Origin: an uncultured Clostridium sp.
GTDB lineage: Bacteria > Bacillota > Clostridia > TANB77 > CAG-508
Assembly: GCA_900556865.1 (NCBI GenBank)
Contig: USQS01000001.1
Span: 1 to 33,498, forward strand
Direction: 5' to 3'
DNA length: 33,498 bases
Positions 17,724 through 27,904 of this stretch are shown piece by piece. A model generated the notes under the pieces. That model did no database searches, had not been told where the DNA came from, and saw only the letters and a program-made list of their open reading frames with translations. How positions within the stretch are numbered: the stretch's first letter is position 1; each line of letters begins with the position of its first letter. Both the position numbers and the translations under genes were made by a program.

Positions 17724-19626
17724 TATGCCAGAAGAAGTTGAAAAATTTTTGAAGAGAAAAACACTTAAAGATTTAATTGCACCATCAGGAATAGATGCTT
17801 CTCATATAGACCATTTAGAAATAATATCACACATAAAAAGATATGCAAGAAGTTTTTTTGTTTCAACACTTCCAAGAATGGCAACTTTTCCAGAATTATT
17901 TAGAAATCTTTATATGTTTGGAGATATAAATACATCTATATATATAAAACCAGTTAAAGAAGAAAAATCACAAAATGAGTTAAATAGAATAATAAATGAA
18001 CTAGAAACAGAAAGAATTGTGGCATCTGATAGAGGAAATATAAATAGAGAAAGTATCATTTCACAAAAAAGATATGAGGCAGAAACATTAAGAGACGAAA
18101 TTGCTGCAGGATATAACAAATTATATGAGGCGTCAATTATATCTACATTATTTGCGTATAATTTAAAAGATTTAGATCGATATACAGGGCTACTTGCAGC
18201 GGAAACATCTAAAAATTTAGTAGGAATAAAAACTGCATGGGGTATACAGGAAGAAGCGTTTCAAAGTAACCTTCCATTAATGAACGATAAGGTTCAAAAA
18301 ATACATACATTTGATAGAAATTCAATGGGAACAGTATTTCCTTTTACTACATCAGAGGTTGGACATAGCACAGGAATTCCATTAGGTTTTAATAAACAAA
18401 CAGGAACACCAATATTATTTGATAATTTTCATAGTTCACTTACAAATTATAACATGGTTATATTTGCTAAATCTGGTGCGGGAAAATCTGTTACAATGAA
18501 AACATTAATTTCAAGGTCTTCTGTTCTTATGGGAATAGAAAGTTTAGCATTAGATGCTGAAGGAGAATATAAAATTGTTGCAGAATCATTAGGTGGAATA
18601 AATGTTGTTATAAATACAAATTCAAATACAATAATTAATTTATTTGATATTGAACCAGAAATGACAAAAGACGAAATAACGGGAAAAGATAAAATTGTTT
18701 TAAATGTAGAAAACAAAGTAGAGGATGTTACACAAGCTTTAATTACAATGGCAAGAGGTAGCACCCGTAGCTCTGAAGTAAATGAGCTTACAAAACAAAT
18801 AATTGCTGAAATTGTTTCAGAAGAATATGCAGCACTTGGAATAAACAGTGACCCTGAAAGTTTATATGTACAAAATAGAAATAACACAAGAGGAAATGTA
18901 TTTTCAAAGCAAAAAAAATTAATGCCAACAATAGGAAGTTGGTATAGAAGATTAAGAAATAAAGCAAATGAAAATACAAATAAAAACTATGAATATCAAT
19001 ATAGTTACCTTTTAAAAGTTATGAGACAATATGTTAAAGAATATGATGGACAAATGGCATATTTTGATGGACAATCTACATTTGATTTATTAGATGGTGT
19101 TCCATTTATAAATCTAGATATTTCCGGTCTTGAAGAAAGGTTTGCAAGACCACTTGCACAACAAATTTTACTATCATGGATATGGGAAAAATATGTTAAA
19201 AGAAATAGTGAAGATCGTAAAAAAGCAAGAAAGAAAAGGGTTATAGTAGATGAGGCGTGGATGTTACTTCCATTTCAAGAAGCCGTAGACTTTTTGAATA
19301 AAATGGCAAGACGTGCAAGAAAAAGAAATGTATCTCTTGCAATTATTTCACAAAGGTTCCAAGACTTCTATGAAAAACCAGAAGCACAAGCGGTATTAAC
19401 ATCATCAGACACAAAGTTATTTTTAGCACAAGATAAAGCAGAAATACAATACTTAAAAGAAGTATTTAAATTATCTGAAGGAGAAGCTGGATTTTTGGTT
19501 ACTTGCCAAAAAGGAGAAGGATTACTTAAAGTAGGATCTGAAACAGCTATACTTAAAATTATGCCAACGAGTAAGGAGTTTGAATTTGTAGAAACAAACT
19601 TAAATAAAATTGCTAAAGAACAATAA
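17674..19626 (+). CDS. VirB4/TcpF/PrgJ-family type IV secretion ATPase
   Basis: 650 aa with Walker A FAKSGAGKSV and Walker B RVIVDEAWMLL. It has its own GGAGG Shine-Dalgarno sequence and overlaps the upstream ORF by 50 nt. The alternative start is ATG 17725. Confidence 0.88.
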   Translation: MKKNKRQYEEEDQERDNMPEEVEKFLKRKTLKDLIAPSGIDASHIDHLEIISHIKRYARSFFVSTLPRMATFPELFRNLYMFGDINTSIYIKPVKEEKSQNELNRIINELETERIVASDRGNINRESIISQKRYEAETLRDEIAAGYNKLYEASIISTLFAYNLKDLDRYTGLLAAETSKNLVGIKTAWGIQEEAFQSNLPLMNDKVQKIHTFDRNSMGTVFPFTTSEVGHSTGIPLGFNKQTGTPILFDNFHSSLTNYNMVIFAKSGAGKSVTMKTLISRSSVLMGIESLALDAEGEYKIVAESLGGINVVINTNSNTIINLFDIEPEMTKDEITGKDKIVLNVENKVEDVTQALITMARGSTRSSEVNELTKQIIAEIVSEEYAALGINSDPESLYVQNRNNTRGNVFSKQKKLMPTIGSWYRRLRNKANENTNKNYEYQYSYLLKVMRQYVKEYDGQMAYFDGQSTFDLLDGVPFINLDISGLEERFARPLAQQILLSWIWEKYVKRNSEDRKKARKKRVIVDEAWMLLPFQEAVDFLNKMARRARKRNVSLAIISQRFQDFYEKPEAQAVLTSSDTKLFLAQDKAEIQYLKEVFKLSEGEAGFLVTCQKGEGLLKVGSETAILKIMPTSKEFEFVETNLNKIAKEQ

Positions 19627-19655
19627 AGAGAGAACCCTTAAAGGAGGAGTAAAAA

Positions 19656-22600
19656 ATGAAAAAAGCTTTTAGCAGAAGCATATTTGGTAAATTTATTATA
19701 GCTTTAATGGTAATATTAATGCTCGGGTCTTTGCAACCAACAAGAGTTGAGGCATCGATAGGAGGAGCTATTGCAGAAGAAGTTTGTGATTTATTGGTAT
19801 GGTTGAGTGATGGGGTTGTATATTGGATTCATCAAGCAATTTATCCAGAACAAAGTAATTCATTAATTAAATTTAATACAGAAAAAGGATTTTGGGCTAA
19901 AGTAATTGGTGCAATTGGAGCAATAGCGGTGGCTGTAGCAGTTGTTGCACTTTCAGCGACAGGTGTAGGAGCTGCAGTAATTGCAGGAATTGGGCTACTT
20001 TTAGGTAGTGGAACATTAGGTGTTGCTATAACGTTAGGTGTTGTAGGAGGAGTTGTATTAGGAGGTGTATTTTATAATAGTGATTTGTTGCCAGATACAA
20101 TAGTTTTACCATTATATACTGTTTCTCCGGAAGAAATTTTTAAAGGTGAAATTGGTTTATTTGATGTTAATTTTTTTAGTCCAGAAGTGAATGAAAAAAG
20201 TGTTGACAAAAAGCTTCAACAGTCTTTAGCTTGGGCTGGTTATGCAAGAGGAATTGAAGATAAAGCAACAGAAAAAGATTCTGGAGTTATTGCTGTAGAT
20301 GGAAAAAAAGAAGACTATGGATTTGATGAAACTAAATGTAATACAACCAAAAAAGGAAACCAACAAATAAAATATTGGACAAATGGAGGAAAAACGTATT
20401 TTCAAGTAGTATCAGGTACTGGAGAAAAGAAAGAAGGAGGAGCAGTAGATTCGCCGGCAGGAGATGGAAGAGCGGTAAGCAATATGTATAATTATACAAA
20501 AATATATGCAGTTGATACAGAAAAAGCAAGTTTAGAAGTAAAAGATACGAATAAATCTATAGCACAAACATTAAAACCAACAATTGCAACATGGTATAGA
20601 ATTTTGAGAAATATTGCTTTAGTTGCAATGCTTTCAATTTTGGTTTATATTGGTATAAGAATAGTCCTTTCTACAACAGCAGAAAATAAAGCAAAATATA
20701 AACAATTTTTAGTGGATTGGGCAGTTGGTTTATGTTTACTTTTTATAATGCATTATGGTATGGCCTTTTTGAATTTGTTTATAAATAAACTAACATATGC
20801 TCTTTCAGATATAACTACTAATGGTTATTTAACAATGATAGAATGGGATGAGGAAAAATATAAGGATAAATTAGAAGAAAGTGGTGTTACTATAGCAAAA
20901 GTAACTGAAGATACTATGGGGACATCAGGAGCAGATGTGGAAATACTTCAAAAAGATGATAATGAATATATGATGTGGCAAACAAATTTAATGGGATATA
21001 TTAGAATGAATGCAAATTATGCTAAAAATGAAGATGAAGGTTACCTTGGTTCTACGGTATTATTTATAATGATGGTAATATTTCTGGTTATATTTATTTG
21101 GATGTATTTAAAAAGGGTTATGTACATGGCATTTTTGACGTTAATTGCACCTTTTGTGGCAGTAACATATCCACTGGATAAAATTAAAGATGGAAAAGCA
21201 CAAGGTTTTGATTATTGGTTTAAAGAGTATTTTTATAACCTTCTTTTACAGCCATTACATTTATTAATTTATACGGTTTTGGTTGGAGGAGCTTTAAATC
21301 TTGTAACTGAAAATGTGGTTTATGCAATTGCAGCATTAGCATTTTTATTACCAGCAGAGAAAATATTAAAGCAAATGTTTGGATTTAAAGGTGAAACATC
21401 AAGCGGATTAGCACAATTTGCAGGACATGCTATGGGTTACAATACTTTGCAAAAAGTATTTGGAAGAATTGGACCAGGAAAAGGTGGCTCTTCTGGAGGA
21501 GGAGCAGGAAGTTCTGCTTTAGAAGGAGACAATTCTGGAAAAAGTAGTAAAATTAAATGGGCATCTTTGCCTGGAGCTAATGGAAACCTACCAGGGGGAG
21601 GAAACCTACCAGGGGGAGGAAACCTACCAGGGGGAGGAAATCCACCAAGAAGAGGAGGAACCCCACCAGGAGGAGGAAATCCACCAGGAGGAGGAAATCC
21701 ACCAGGAGGAGGAAACCCACCAGGAGGAGGAAACCCACCAGGAGGAGGAAACCCACCAAGAGGAGGAAACCAAATACGTAGAGGTGGACGTATTTGGCAG
21801 ATGGGAAGAAGACTGACTAATTCCAAGACTGGCAAATATTTTGGCGCATTAGGAAGAAATGCCGGAACTACAATGAAGAGAAAATTAAAAAATAGAGTTA
21901 AAAATACTAGTCCTGGAAAATGGATTGGTAGAGGTTTAGGTGCACTTGCATTAGGAACAACGGCATTAGCAATGGGTGCTGCAACAGGAGATTTAGGAAA
22001 GACTGTAGCGTATACAGCAGGGGGAACAGCACTTGGTTGGAAATCTGGAGAAGGACTGGCTAGAAAAGGAGAAGACTTATTAGGAATAAAAAATGGAATA
22101 GAAATGGCAGATGATTCGATAAGAACACCAGAAGAAAGAGAAATGATTAAAGCAAAGGAAGCTGTTAATTCTGAACAATATATGAATTCATTTAATAAAT
22201 TTGAGAGCGATGATAGACAAAGATTAAAAACTAAATCTTCAAATAGTGATAGTAGGTTAAATGAGTTAATGGCACAAAAAGGAATAACAAATGCTGATGA
22301 ACAATTAGCAATTGCGAGAACAATGGAAGATCAAGGAGCTTTAGATGGTAGCTTATCAGATGATCAACTTAAAAATATTATAGAAGAGAAAAAAGCTGAA
22401 AAACAAATTTCAGATTCAATAGGAGGAGAACAAATAAATAACTTAAGCGCATCAAGACAGAAGGATTTGACAGAAGATATTGCATTCCATTTAGATCAAA
22501 ATAAATTTAATGAAGAAGAGGCTAGAAAAGATAGAATAAGAGATGAAAAAGATATGATTAAAAGTAATGAAAGTTTAGGTAGAGCAGAAAAACAGGCACA

Positions 22601-22766
22601 ATTAAATGAATTAAAAACAAGAGAGGATGCAATATTCGAAGAAAGAAAAGCAAGGGCACAAGAAGTTTTAGATAAAGTAGATAATTACAGTTTACATAGA
22701 GAAGATGTAAAAAAACGAAAGAGCTATAATACAAACCACAGAGATAGGATAAGAAACTATATATAA
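19656..22766 (+). CDS. VirB6-like polytopic membrane protein (TcpH/PrgH/Tn916 Orf15 type) with a Gly-Pro repeat linker and a charged C-terminal domain
   Basis: 1036 aa with an N-terminal signal/TM segment, a Gly/Ala/Val-rich helix cluster and several further TM helices. It lies immediately after VirB4. Confidence 0.65.
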   Translation: MKKAFSRSIFGKFIIALMVILMLGSLQPTRVEASIGGAIAEEVCDLLVWLSDGVVYWIHQAIYPEQSNSLIKFNTEKGFWAKVIGAIGAIAVAVAVVALSATGVGAAVIAGIGLLLGSGTLGVAITLGVVGGVVLGGVFYNSDLLPDTIVLPLYTVSPEEIFKGEIGLFDVNFFSPEVNEKSVDKKLQQSLAWAGYARGIEDKATEKDSGVIAVDGKKEDYGFDETKCNTTKKGNQQIKYWTNGGKTYFQVVSGTGEKKEGGAVDSPAGDGRAVSNMYNYTKIYAVDTEKASLEVKDTNKSIAQTLKPTIATWYRILRNIALVAMLSILVYIGIRIVLSTTAENKAKYKQFLVDWAVGLCLLFIMHYGMAFLNLFINKLTYALSDITTNGYLTMIEWDEEKYKDKLEESGVTIAKVTEDTMGTSGADVEILQKDDNEYMMWQTNLMGYIRMNANYAKNEDEGYLGSTVLFIMMVIFLVIFIWMYLKRVMYMAFLTLIAPFVAVTYPLDKIKDGKAQGFDYWFKEYFYNLLLQPLHLLIYTVLVGGALNLVTENVVYAIAALAFLLPAEKILKQMFGFKGETSSGLAQFAGHAMGYNTLQKVFGRIGPGKGGSSGGGAGSSALEGDNSGKSSKIKWASLPGANGNLPGGGNLPGGGNLPGGGNPPRRGGTPPGGGNPPGGGNPPGGGNPPGGGNPPGGGNPPRGGNQIRRGGRIWQMGRRLTNSKTGKYFGALGRNAGTTMKRKLKNRVKNTSPGKWIGRGLGALALGTTALAMGAATGDLGKTVAYTAGGTALGWKSGEGLARKGEDLLGIKNGIEMADDSIRTPEEREMIKAKEAVNSEQYMNSFNKFESDDRQRLKTKSSNSDSRLNELMAQKGITNADEQLAIARTMEDQGALDGSLSDDQLKNIIEEKKAEKQISDSIGGEQINNLSASRQKDLTEDIAFHLDQNKFNEEEARKDRIRDEKDMIKSNESLGRAEKQAQLNELKTREDAIFEERKARAQEVLDKVDNYSLHREDVKKRKSYNTNHRDRIRNYI
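21582..21770 (+). repeat. In-frame 18-nt tandem repeat, about 10 units, encoding GN(L/P)PGG hexapeptides
   Basis: Three units of GGAAACCTACCAGGGGGA are followed by units of GGAAA(T/C)CCACCAGGAGGA. One unit is lengthened (GNPPRRG). Confidence 0.9.
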
Positions 22767-22806
22767 GAGAGTAATTTAAATAACAGGAGAGAATTACTCT
22801 CTCTTT
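22766..22806 (+). terminator. Rho-independent terminator after the VirB6-like gene
   Basis: AGAGAGTAATT / AATTACTCTCT 11-bp stem (22766-22776 and 22792-22802) followed by CTTTT. Confidence 0.65.
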
Positions 22807-22873
22807 TAAATATAAGTTATTTTTTGTTATAAGGATAATTAATAATATAGAGGATTAAAGGAGAATTTTAATT

Positions 22874-23806
22874 ATGAATATAAGGAGATTTTATAATCAA
22901 AATAGAAAAAGAATATGGAGAATAATATTAATAATTATTGTTTTTTATGTTTTAGTTAGATTGGCAAACCGTGGTTATGCTGAATTAAGAAGAAATAGAT
23001 TGTTAAATAATAAATCAGAAATAGCTAAAACAAATACTATTACTCAAGAAGAAAATTCAAATACTAAATATTCTTCTGATAAATCGTCTATTAAGGGCTC
23101 GTCTGTTTCAAAAAGTAATTTGGAAAATGCACAAAATGTATTTGATAATTTTTTTAATGCATGTAATAATCAAAAGTATGAAGAAGCATACAATTTGTTA
23201 ACAGATAAGTGCAAAGAGTTAGTTTACCCAAGTTTAAAAAGTTTTAAATTAAATTATTATGATAATGTGTTTAAAGGAGAAAAAAAAGCATATTCTTTTG
23301 AAAACTGGTTTGGAAATACATATTATGTGAAATTAACTTCAGATGCTTTATCTACAGGTAAAGTAACAAGTGAAAAAGATGCAAAATATGATTACATTAC
23401 AATTGAGGATAATAAATTAAATATTAGTACATATATAGGCTCAAAAGAAATAAATAAAACAAAAGAAAGTAAAAACATTATAGTTAGAGTGGATAGTAAA
23501 GATACTTTTATGGATTATGAAATATATAATATTACAATAAAGAATAATAATGATAGTGCTATATGCCTAACAGATACAAAATCAACAAACGATATATATA
23601 TAAAAGATGCAAATGGCGTAAAATATGGTGTATATAACCATGAACTTTTGAAAAATAAAATGACTATAGAACCAGGTTATACAACTAAATTAAGTTTTAA
23701 ATTTTATAGCTCTTATATTTCAAATAAAGAAATTAAGAGTTTAACCTTTAAAAATATAGATATGAATAATTTAGAAGGTGTAGAAGAATATACAATTGAT
23801 TGGTAG
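22874..23806 (+). CDS. N-terminally membrane-anchored extracytoplasmic protein with an NTF2-like/DUF4878-type motif (possible VirB8/TcpC-like role)
   Basis: 310 aa with Shine-Dalgarno AAGGAG and one TM helix. It carries the motif FFNACNNQKYEEAYNLLTDKCKELVYPSLKSFKLNYYDNVF, which is shared with the 448-aa and 363-aa proteins. Confidence 0.45.
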   Translation: MNIRRFYNQNRKRIWRIILIIIVFYVLVRLANRGYAELRRNRLLNNKSEIAKTNTITQEENSNTKYSSDKSSIKGSSVSKSNLENAQNVFDNFFNACNNQKYEEAYNLLTDKCKELVYPSLKSFKLNYYDNVFKGEKKAYSFENWFGNTYYVKLTSDALSTGKVTSEKDAKYDYITIEDNKLNISTYIGSKEINKTKESKNIIVRVDSKDTFMDYEIYNITIKNNNDSAICLTDTKSTNDIYIKDANGVKYGVYNHELLKNKMTIEPGYTTKLSFKFYSSYISNKEIKSLTFKNIDMNNLEGVEEYTIDW

Positions 23807-23824
23807 TAAAAGAGGTGAGAGAAT

Positions 23825-26527
23825 GTGAAGCTTTTAAAAAGTTTGTCAAAGGTTAAAAATTTATTAAATAATAAAGATAAAGACAAAAATCTACTAAAAG
23901 AAGTAATAAAAGGAAGAATGAGAAAGGTAATTATAATTATAGCAATTGTAATTATTGTAATAAGTATATTTAGTGCGGCACATGAAAATAGCAAAGTAGA
24001 AGATGGAATATTACCTACTTCTGAAGAAGATGAAGGATATAGTGAAAACTGTCCAGCTGAATATTATAAAAGCATTTATATAACAGAACAGGGAACGTTA
24101 ATAGCCGAAAAATCTGTTAAAGAAATGTGGGATAATGATGAAAAAGCTTCATCAGATAAAAGGATAGGATATAATAAATACTTGTCTAATGCAGATGCTT
24201 TAGCATATTTACTAAATGCACAAATAGTAACACAATATCCATATATTGATTCTGCCTCTGGGACTGACCTAAATGGAACTGTTAGATTTTACAGAAATGA
24301 ATCAAAACAACCAATGGCATATTTAAGCCAAGAAGCTTTGCAAAAATATGTTGATGATTATAATAATAAAGGTGATACCGATAGTTTGGCTAAAGCTCTT
24401 GATTCTTTTTCTATAAATAATGATGGAACAATAACAGTTGCATATTTAGAAGAAGATTATGAAACTTTAACCACAAATGACCCAGATGCTGCATCAACAG
24501 CAGCTAAAGATAGAGATGCAAGTTCAAACAATTCTGGAAATGGAACATATGTGGTTGAAACAAGCTCAAGCCAATTATTTACAACAACTATTGCTTACCA
24601 AAGTTTGGTAAGAAAATACACTTTGCCATTTGAACTTTTATGGGCGATAGCTATTGAAGGAAATGACGGAATGCCAGGAAATTATAAAGGAAATGTTGAA
24701 GATTTTTGTTATGCGATGGCAACTATGGCGTATGATGGGGAAATAAGGTTAATTATTGATGATTCTAATACGGTTACAACAACTACCGATAATTATAAAT
24801 ATGATAAGGAGAAAAAAACGGAGTATTCTGATATTGTTTTATATAGAAATGGTGTAGGTTGTTATAGAAATAAATACACAACAGATCCTGAAAAAGTTGG
24901 AAATTTTTGGGTTACAAATGTTGATGTAAATACTGTTAACTCACCTTCTTTAAAGATTGGTTTAATTCAAAGTTGGTGTGCTTTATATAATAATGATGCT
25001 GTTTTTACATCTGAAGAAACGCAAGGTACTCCAGAAAAAAATTCATCTCAACCAAAAAAAACAGATTGGGAAGAAAATGGTGGTGTTAAAAATGAATGGT
25101 CTTATGAAAATTGCCCAATAGGTGGGATAAAAAGAATGTTTAGTAGATATGTAAGTAATTCAAGACAAACAACTACTTCAGGTGGAACTGTAAACCCAGG
25201 AGTTACAACTACTACAGAAAGTAATTCATTTAAAATAGTAGCAAGTGGAACAAATTACAAAAGATATAATAATATTAGCCAAACAACTAAAGTAGATACA
25301 TCTACATTTTCATATACAAATGGAACGGTAACGTCACCTGCATTTAACCAAGATATAGCAGATTTAATAAATGTTGATCCATATTATAATGAAAAAAATT
25401 ATTTGTTACATTCACATTATAGCTATTTCATGAAAATTATAAAAGGTAATGAAGCCACCGCTAATATGGTAGATTTAATTAATTATATATTTAACAAAGT
25501 AACAGATTCTGAACAATATGGAAAGAATTTAGAATGGGAAAGCATTTGGGAAGCTTTGTATGGAGGAATGGATGGATTTAATGGAACAAGTGGATTAGAA
25601 GGAGATATAGGAAGAATAGCAGATTATTTCTTAAGTAAAGGTTTTACTCCTGAAGCCGTTGCAGCGATTCTTGGAAATATGGAAAATGAATCAACACTGT
25701 TTTCTCCAAGAACAGTTTATAATGATTATATGCATTCCAATATAGAGGAATTTAGACAAGCATTTTTTGATAAAATAAGTAAAATGGATAAAAAAACTTA
25801 TGCAAATGAAGGTACAGGTTTTGGATTAGTTGGTTTTTGTTTTAATGTAATGAGGGAGATGCTATGGGATAGAGCAAAAGCTAAAAATGTTGGACTCGAT
25901 GATATGGATGCACAGCTTGAAACTATTCATGACTATATCCAAAAGTATGATTCAACTTTATATAATTATTTAAAAACTTCAACGGATTTAGAAGAAGTAA
26001 CATGGCAATTTTTAAATAGGTTTGAAAATCCTGGAAACAATAGAGCAAAATTACCAGCACGTTATAAGAGTGCTAAAAATTATTATGAGAAGATTAAAAC
26101 AAATTCTTTAAGTGGTGGAACGGCTTCATCGAACGAGATTGCAAATAAAGTCATACAATTAGCAAGATCAAAAATAGGTTGCAGATATACACAAATAGGA
26201 CAACGTACAGGACCAAATTCGTTTGATTGTTCCGGACTAGTATGGTGGTGCTATAAACAAGTTGGAATTGATATACCTGGAACAACAGGAGCGTATATGC
26301 CGGCATATAGTAAATATAAAATTGATTTAAAAGATATACAACCAGGCGATATTTTATGGAGACATACAGGAGGAACGGATGGACATGCGGCTTTATATAT
26401 TGGAAATGATAGAATGATACATGCTAAAGGTACAAAATATGGGGTAGTAGAGGATTCTTTCTCTAATTATCAAAAAAATAGTAGAAAGGGAGGATTTAAA
26501 GCAGCATTTAGATTCTGGAATAAATAG
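23825..26527 (+). CDS. Membrane-anchored bifunctional cell-wall hydrolase: lysozyme-like domain plus C-terminal NlpC/P60 peptidase (CwlT/TcpG/PrgK-like, VirB1 role)
   Basis: 900 aa with a GTG start after AGAGGTGAG and an N-terminal TM helix. AVAAILGNMENES (about 25661-25693) matches the lysozyme-like GNxxxES motif. The NlpC/P60 residues are Cys in FDCSGLVWWCY (about 26222) and His in DGHAALYIG (about 26381). Confidence 0.8.
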   Translation: MKLLKSLSKVKNLLNNKDKDKNLLKEVIKGRMRKVIIIIAIVIIVISIFSAAHENSKVEDGILPTSEEDEGYSENCPAEYYKSIYITEQGTLIAEKSVKEMWDNDEKASSDKRIGYNKYLSNADALAYLLNAQIVTQYPYIDSASGTDLNGTVRFYRNESKQPMAYLSQEALQKYVDDYNNKGDTDSLAKALDSFSINNDGTITVAYLEEDYETLTTNDPDAASTAAKDRDASSNNSGNGTYVVETSSSQLFTTTIAYQSLVRKYTLPFELLWAIAIEGNDGMPGNYKGNVEDFCYAMATMAYDGEIRLIIDDSNTVTTTTDNYKYDKEKKTEYSDIVLYRNGVGCYRNKYTTDPEKVGNFWVTNVDVNTVNSPSLKIGLIQSWCALYNNDAVFTSEETQGTPEKNSSQPKKTDWEENGGVKNEWSYENCPIGGIKRMFSRYVSNSRQTTTSGGTVNPGVTTTTESNSFKIVASGTNYKRYNNISQTTKVDTSTFSYTNGTVTSPAFNQDIADLINVDPYYNEKNYLLHSHYSYFMKIIKGNEATANMVDLINYIFNKVTDSEQYGKNLEWESIWEALYGGMDGFNGTSGLEGDIGRIADYFLSKGFTPEAVAAILGNMENESTLFSPRTVYNDYMHSNIEEFRQAFFDKISKMDKKTYANEGTGFGLVGFCFNVMREMLWDRAKAKNVGLDDMDAQLETIHDYIQKYDSTLYNYLKTSTDLEEVTWQFLNRFENPGNNRAKLPARYKSAKNYYEKIKTNSLSGGTASSNEIANKVIQLARSKIGCRYTQIGQRTGPNSFDCSGLVWWCYKQVGIDIPGTTGAYMPAYSKYKIDLKDIQPGDILWRHTGGTDGHAALYIGNDRMIHAKGTKYGVVEDSFSNYQKNSRKGGFKAAFRFWNK

Positions 26528-26537
26528 GAGGAAGTAG

Positions 26538-27884
26538 ATGAAAATAATAAAAAAAGTAATATTAGTATTGGTAATACTAGTGGTTGTTATAACAACTTTA
26601 TTATATTTTTATAATAAATATAAAAATAAAGATTTAACTCAAATTCCAGAAGCTGATTCTGAATTTGAAGATGAAGAAGGTGTAAACGAATATAAAGATT
26701 CGTTTATACCAATTAAAGATAAAAATTATTATTTTGTTGTAAAAAATATTGTAAGCAAGTATATTTCAAATGTTCAGCAAGTAAATAAGGATATGGGTAA
26801 AGGTAATCTGCGTGATGGCCAAAGTGAAGAAGAAATAGCAAATGAGCAGTATAAACAAGGAATAGAGTACTTTAATTCTGTTTTAGATGATAATTATAAA
26901 AAAGAATTTAATGTAAATGAGCAAACAATTGTAAACAAAGCGGGCAGATTTAAAAAAGATGGAATGGTTTACTATGCAAATATAAAAGCGGTTTATAATT
27001 ATGAAATTGAAAATGGAGAGATGGCTTTTATAGTATTAGCAGGTGTTCAAGATGTAGAATTTAAACTAATAATAAAATTAGATTTTGAAAATGAAGCATA
27101 TTCTATTTTTGAGGAAGATTATATTAATAAACATCCAAATAATAATTATGACTTACCAACTGATAAAATAGAAAAAAATGATAACAATGGTTTTGAATTT
27201 AATATTGTTGGCGATAAAGAAATGATTAGGGAGTATTTTACTATGCAAAAATACAATATAATGTATGATGCGAAAAGAGAATACAACTTATTAGATTATG
27301 AATATAAAAAGAAAAAATTTAAAGATAGTAGTGATTTTGAAAACTATGCTAATTTAATAAAAAATGATATTCAAGATACAACAATTGAAAAATACAAAGT
27401 AGATATTGGAGAAGACTATTATAGATATTATTTTCTTGACAATAAAGGAAGATATTATACAATAGAAAAAACAGATGAAATATTTAATTATAAAGTTAAA
27501 TTGGATGACTATACAATAGAAACACAAGAATTTAAAGAATATTATAAAAATGCAAATGACAAAAATAAGGCATTAACAGATATTGAGAAGTTTATAAAAA
27601 TGTTAAATAATAAGGATTATGGTTTGGCATATGAGCTTTTAAATAAAAACTTTAGAGCTAGCAATTTTGCTACATTAGAAGATTTTAAGAATTATGTACA
27701 AAATAATTTCTTTAATTATAATATTTTACCATCTAATGTTGATATATCTAAAGAAGGAACATATTATAATTGCAGTGTTGAGCTAAAAGAAAGCAATGAA
27801 GCAAATTCTAGAAGCATAAAGAAGAATTTCATAGTAAGCCTAAAAGAGGGAACGGATTTTGAAATGTCATTTAATGTAAATTAA
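26538..27884 (+). CDS. Membrane-anchored extracytoplasmic protein with three copies of the NTF2-like motif
   Basis: 448 aa with an N-terminal TM helix. Repeated motif examples are FIKMLNNKDYGLAYELLNKNFRASNFATLEDFKNYVQNNFF and YFTMQKYNIMYDAKREYNLLDYEYKKKKFKDSSDFENYANLI. Confidence 0.45.
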   Translation: MKIIKKVILVLVILVVVITTLLYFYNKYKNKDLTQIPEADSEFEDEEGVNEYKDSFIPIKDKNYYFVVKNIVSKYISNVQQVNKDMGKGNLRDGQSEEEIANEQYKQGIEYFNSVLDDNYKKEFNVNEQTIVNKAGRFKKDGMVYYANIKAVYNYEIENGEMAFIVLAGVQDVEFKLIIKLDFENEAYSIFEEDYINKHPNNNYDLPTDKIEKNDNNGFEFNIVGDKEMIREYFTMQKYNIMYDAKREYNLLDYEYKKKKFKDSSDFENYANLIKNDIQDTTIEKYKVDIGEDYYRYYFLDNKGRYYTIEKTDEIFNYKVKLDDYTIETQEFKEYYKNANDKNKALTDIEKFIKMLNNKDYGLAYELLNKNFRASNFATLEDFKNYVQNNFFNYNILPSNVDISKEGTYYNCSVELKESNEANSRSIKKNFIVSLKEGTDFEMSFNVN

Positions 27885-27904
27885 TGTGCCAGGAGGTGAA
27901 AAAT

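Noticed and set aside
21437-21835. Pro/Gly-rich and Leu/Val-rich ORFs (21437-21835 minus, 21577-21759 minus, 21580-21816 plus)
   Set aside because: They are alternate-frame and antisense readings of the 18-nt tandem repeat inside the VirB6-like gene.
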